Source: Oikopleura dioica (Eukaryota > Animalia > Chordata). From it: DNA of 64,000 bases. The translations under genes were made by a program, and so were the position numbers. The stretch is from assembly GCA_907165135.1 (NCBI GenBank), contig OU015570.1, positions 1,054,001 through 1,118,000 of the forward strand. Direction: 5' to 3'. The notes beneath the pieces are model-generated. The model made no database searches. It worked only from the letters and a program-made list of their open reading frames with translations, and had not been told where the DNA came from. Positions 60,001 through 64,000 of this stretch are shown here, piece after piece (the stretch's first letter is position 1; the number at the start of each line of letters is the position of its first letter).

Positions 60001-60601
60001 CAACAACCGTCCATCAGAAGCACTTGGTTATAGAACTTATTATCCAAACCAGTGTCTAAGTAACATTGATCCTCCGAAATATTTTTGTCTTTACAGTCCG
60101 AGCGATCCGGAAATCGAGCCAGAATATGGGTCACACGTCACCGATCTGAGAATGATGCAAGGAATCGTCGCTAGAAATCATTTGGAAAATTTTTTATCAA
60201 AGCCCGTCAACGACCAAGACATTTACGATGAAGGCGACATTTGTGTTCTCCGCGAATCAAGCTTAATCGGTCATTCGAAGAGTAACGAAGGACCTTTTAT
60301 CGTCAAAAAGAAAGAACAAAACAACAATGTCGTCAAAAGCCTCGTTACTGGACGAATGTATCAACGGAACACAAGATTTCTTTCGAAAATTTATCTCACT
60401 GAAGATGATCAAAAGAAACTGATAATTGATGATTCAATTATCTTTGACGCAAAAACACGTGTAATCGGGCCAAAAGCCTTAGATAGGGTAAAGGGAATTT
60501 TAGACATTACTTTCAAAAAGCCTGTAAAGAATCAAGAAAACATCAGCGATCCAAAAACGACTGAAAACACGAGAAAATACAATCTGAGGCCGCGGAAATG
60601 A
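57014..60601 (+). pseudogene. pol: pol: protease, RT, RNase H, integrase; frameshifted or stopped at ~57830, ~59330 and ~59710
   Basis: VLVDTGAET; FDLANAFY, RLAQGLSSSP, YQDD; CADTA; LVSDNGPEF, NIVERFH; C-terminal KYNLRPRK. Confidence 0.92.
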
Positions 60602-62772
60602 GGCTCGGAATGCTCCTGGCTATCAACGCGCTGCTTCACTGTTTCTTCATATTCCCATTTTACCCATCCACAAAAGCATCATCTAGCATCTCAAATGTCA
60701 CCTCGACAAACGGAGTCATCACATACCAAATTCCAGGAGAACAAGTTTACCTTGTTCAGAGTGAAACTCCATCGAATCTTTCATTCACGTTTTCCGCACC
60801 AATTATTCCGGAAAAATCATGGCCTTCTTGCTCTTCAAGAAATAGAAGTATTACTACAATGGCAAGAAACTACGTAGAAAAATTGATGGAAAAGTGGTTG
60901 AAACTAGACATCGAAGTTCCTCTTGGTCCAAACAAAATTACAGTCACGATTCAGAAAGTCATCCTGCCCGAAGAAGTCAAACATAGACTGAATTTTGAAG
61001 TTGAATTTGTATTTCCAAACGAAAAAAGACTCTCGCTTAAAAACACTGAATTTTCGCAATTTCATTTCAAACAATGCGCTCCTTTGAAAAATTTGCATGT
61101 CATTCGAATAATGTCCATCGAAAAATTCAACAGCGTTATCTTCAAAACAAATGCTTTCGACAATTAACGAGACGAATGTTTATGGAAATCGAACAAAGGT
61201 TCAGTAACATCGCAAATTCTGGATCGCGTGGGCCTAACAAAAATTACAACTATGCCCACAAAATCTACCTCTCTATCTGTCAAGTTCGTCGGTCCAACAG
61301 TCATCAATGCTGATCATAAAAACGAAACAAAATCCTGCTTATCACTCCGAATCGAAGAAATTTTTCTGCTTTATGATGAATCGCTGGATGAAACAGTTAG
61401 CGAATTCGACGAAAAACCGATCATTACGACCAAAGCAACAACAAAATCAGTAATTGAATCTGTTAGCACCGAAAAGACAACAACAGCGACCAACGAAGCA
61501 GATTCTGAAGGAAATATTCTTGGTATAATCACCCAATTTGGATCAAGTCTGTTCAACGACCTAGGAGAAAGTCGCGCAATTGCAACCGCGAACAAACTCT
61601 GGCTTAACACTTTCCACTCAAAAAATGACACTTATTTGCCGTATTTGAAGAACCAGACATTACACTCGCTGCTAGAAAACGTTTATCGAAACGGAAGTGT
61701 AAGACACAAGATTCGGTTGCCAGAACACTCCTGTTCTGATGCATTTGAATTGCAAACAATCATCGAACTGTCAAAACCTATTCACACGATTGGAATTTCT
61801 TTAGATGTCTCAGAAAGCACGAAGGATTGGCTCGAACACCACAAGACAACCTATCTTGATATCTTAGAGTTGTACAAATTGAAGGCAAAACAAATACGGC
61901 TGAATAAAAACTACATGGATAAATATTTGGAAGATTCGCTGACAATTCGAAGGCAAACACCTTATGTCGTTCAATGTCGCACCCATCTCAAAGATTATAT
62001 TGAAGTTAATTGTGAAGTCCCTAGCGGCTTCTTTTGCCTCGACTGTCTCGAACGATATTTTCTATTATTCTCGATCAGACTTAGCAAAAACAACTGCGAA
62101 ACCTTCAAAACTTTTCTCGCCGAACATGGAACTACAAAATACCACGTCAAGTATCAAATGGTGCCACCTCACAGAAAGCCAAGAAGCCGTCGAAGGCGTC
62201 AAGCTCAAATTCTAGCTTCCGTTGGTGTCCCGATACTGCTGTCCGGAGCGACAAGCTTTGTTACAAACAAAATCATGGACAGGAAGCAGAATGAAAAAAT
62301 CTAAAATAAGCGGAAAACCGTCCAGATGTCGTCGCTTCAGCAAAAAGATCAAACACAACTCGTACAATCTGACATTCAAAAAATTGATTTCGAATTCGAT
62401 CATATCTACGAGACAGTGAACAAAGTAACTGAAAGGCAATGCAATTGGAAAATTTGCAAATCGAACAAGTTTCTTTTAGCCAGAAATGTATTCTGAACTC
62501 GAAAAAACCGAGGATCTTGTTTATCCCGAGCTATCGGAAATCTACAGAAAAGTAAAACCGCTATCATTCTACATCATGGCGATTTGTACCGTAATATCAG
62601 TCGCAATGATATTGTTCTTTCTCTTCAAATACATCCATCAAATGAAAAAGAAAATTTTCAATCGTTTCAGAAGTCAAGAAAATCAATATCACGAAAATCA
62701 ACCACTTGCGCCACAAACATCAACAAGAAATCGAAGTCGTTCTTCTAGAAGCTTTCGCCAATACAACCTCTA
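60598..62772 (+). pseudogene. env: env: signal peptide, furin-like site, fusion-peptide-like segment, TM; frameshifted
   Basis: MRLGMLLAINALLHCFFIF; RSRRRR/QAQILASVGVPILLSGA; LSFYIMAICTVISVAMILFFLF; ATG overlaps the integrase stop (ATGA). Confidence 0.82.
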
Positions 62773-62789
62773 AACCAGCATCATATACA

Positions 62790-63240
62790 ACTCTTCTCTT
62801 CCGCCGCGCTCAACATTCTTGCCCGCTACGCCACGCTCACCAATTTTCACACCTCGTCGCTACCATCAACTCCGCTGGCGCGCAGCGCCTGCCACAACGC
62901 CACGTTCGTCCCTTACTACTCCGTCGCGCGACTCGATGTCCAACTTCACACATTGCCGCGCCCGGCGCGCGCAGAGCCTGCCAGAGTCAACGCCACTTTC
63001 TTCACTTACTACTCCGTCGGGCCACTCGATGTCCAACTTCACACCTTGCCGCGCCCGACGCGCGCAGCGCCTGCCCCAACGTCACTTTCGTCACTTACCA
63101 CTCCGTCGCGCCCGCCGCTGTCCAACTTCACACCTTGCCGCGCCCAGCGCGCGCAGCGCCTGCCTTACCTCCGCTTTCGTCACTTACCACTCCGTCGCGG
63201 CACTCGCCATCCAACTTGACACCTCGCCGCTGCTCCGCGC
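62790..63240 (+). repeat. GC-rich tandem array, unit ~89-93 bp, ~5 copies
   Basis: cttac(t/c)actccgtcg recurs at 62912, 63005, 63094 and 63183. Confidence 0.85.
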
Positions 63241-63249
63241 AGTCAAAAA

Positions 63250-63989
63250 ATGTACAATTTTCTAAAAGAAAAATTATGACGTCACCAACATTCCTCGGCT
63301 GCAGAAAAGCAAGGTTTATGGTTTTTATTTTGGAAAACATAAAAATTCCTCAATTAAAGAAAAGTGTTATATTTGGATTCACAGCAAAAGAAAAAATGTC
63401 AGTAACTCAATCAGAACAATCAAGCAAAATATGCAAGAACTTGTCTTCGAATTTCAGACGAGTATTCATTCTGTAGCTCGTCAGACCAAGCTTGAACGAA
63501 AGTACGATGATACACCAACTAGCGATCTCGGAAGAAAGAATAGTCGTCCAGAAGCTCGCTGTGCTGAGGCATCCAGAGGGTTGGAGAGCAGGCGTCACCT
63601 AGTCAAAGAAGCTCTTGACAAACTTGGTCTTGGCAGAATTCATAGAGAATCCAACGAAAACGTCTTGTAAAGCCGCAGTCGAATTGCGGAGTCATGGTTT
63701 CAAGTACTGTATAAGTTTCCGCATAAAAACCGATGTAAGCGCCCACTGGTTCTCCCCAACGAAGCCGATACGACGCTGCGCCGACAATCTCTTCGCCATC
63801 GTCAAGACCTCCAGTTTCAGCAAAAATCCGAGCAACACGTCCGAGTCTTCGATTCCACTCTTGAAGAGTTTCTGGCTCGTTGAAATTTTCCATAACAAAT
63901 CGTAGATCATTCATTATCAACAAACAGCGATGATACTGAAGTACTCTGACACTTGAACTCTTGAGGAATTTGCTTACCTTCTGGATCAC
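63250..63989. other. Two convergent, overlapping unknown ORFs after the array (+ 63250/63272-63670; - 63989-63603)
   Basis: + frame open from ~63272 and joins ATG 63250 if one A is removed from an A-run; - ORF 128 aa; no motif recognised. Confidence 0.3.
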
Positions 63990-64000
63990 GAGAAGCCGCC

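Larger units (their letters stand above)
55441..62772 (+). mobile_element. Degenerate env-bearing Ty3/gypsy element (element 2); LTRs not identified
   Basis: gag-PR-RT-RH-IN-env order with multiple frameshifts. Confidence 0.9.

Noticed and set aside
62706-63476. 256-aa and overlapping Arg/Pro-rich ORFs
   Set aside because: Result of a stop-poor GC-rich tandem repeat; no domain features

Overview
Eukaryotic, transposon-saturated DNA with no clear host gene, rRNA, tRNA or CRISPR array. Short 39-90 bp introns and env-bearing Ty3/gypsy elements suggest an appendicularian tunicate such as Oikopleura dioica (inference). Left to right: (1) a decayed env-bearing gypsy element (1-7.5 kb) with an internal deletion and nested MITEs; (2) a 2.76-kb unit (9696-12455) repeated at 43343-46020; (3) a 16.4-kb TA-flanked, TIR-bounded element (26971-43342) whose empty site is visible at 9769-9770. 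It contains a 13.8-kb minus-strand LTR retrotransposon (27547-41342) with identical 394-bp LTRs ending ACGT...ACGT, a disrupted gag-pol, and a ~7-kb cassette of five intron-containing genes on both strands (orphans, a RING-like protein, a two-TM protein); (4) a near-identical 7-kb partial copy of that region (12418-19438), followed by a 5'-truncated DIRS-like tyrosine-recombinase retroelement (19439-26852) that also carries spliced, bidirectional accessory genes and a hairpin end; (5) a MITE field (46-55.4 kb); (6) a second decayed gag-pol-env gypsy element (55.4-62.8 kb) followed by a GC-rich ~90-bp tandem array. The best candidate for an undescribed system is the shared design of two unrelated retroelements: multi-gene, spliced, bidirectional accessory cassettes in which several ATGs lie one base after a splice-acceptor AG. 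All gene models were derived by hand and no database search was possible.
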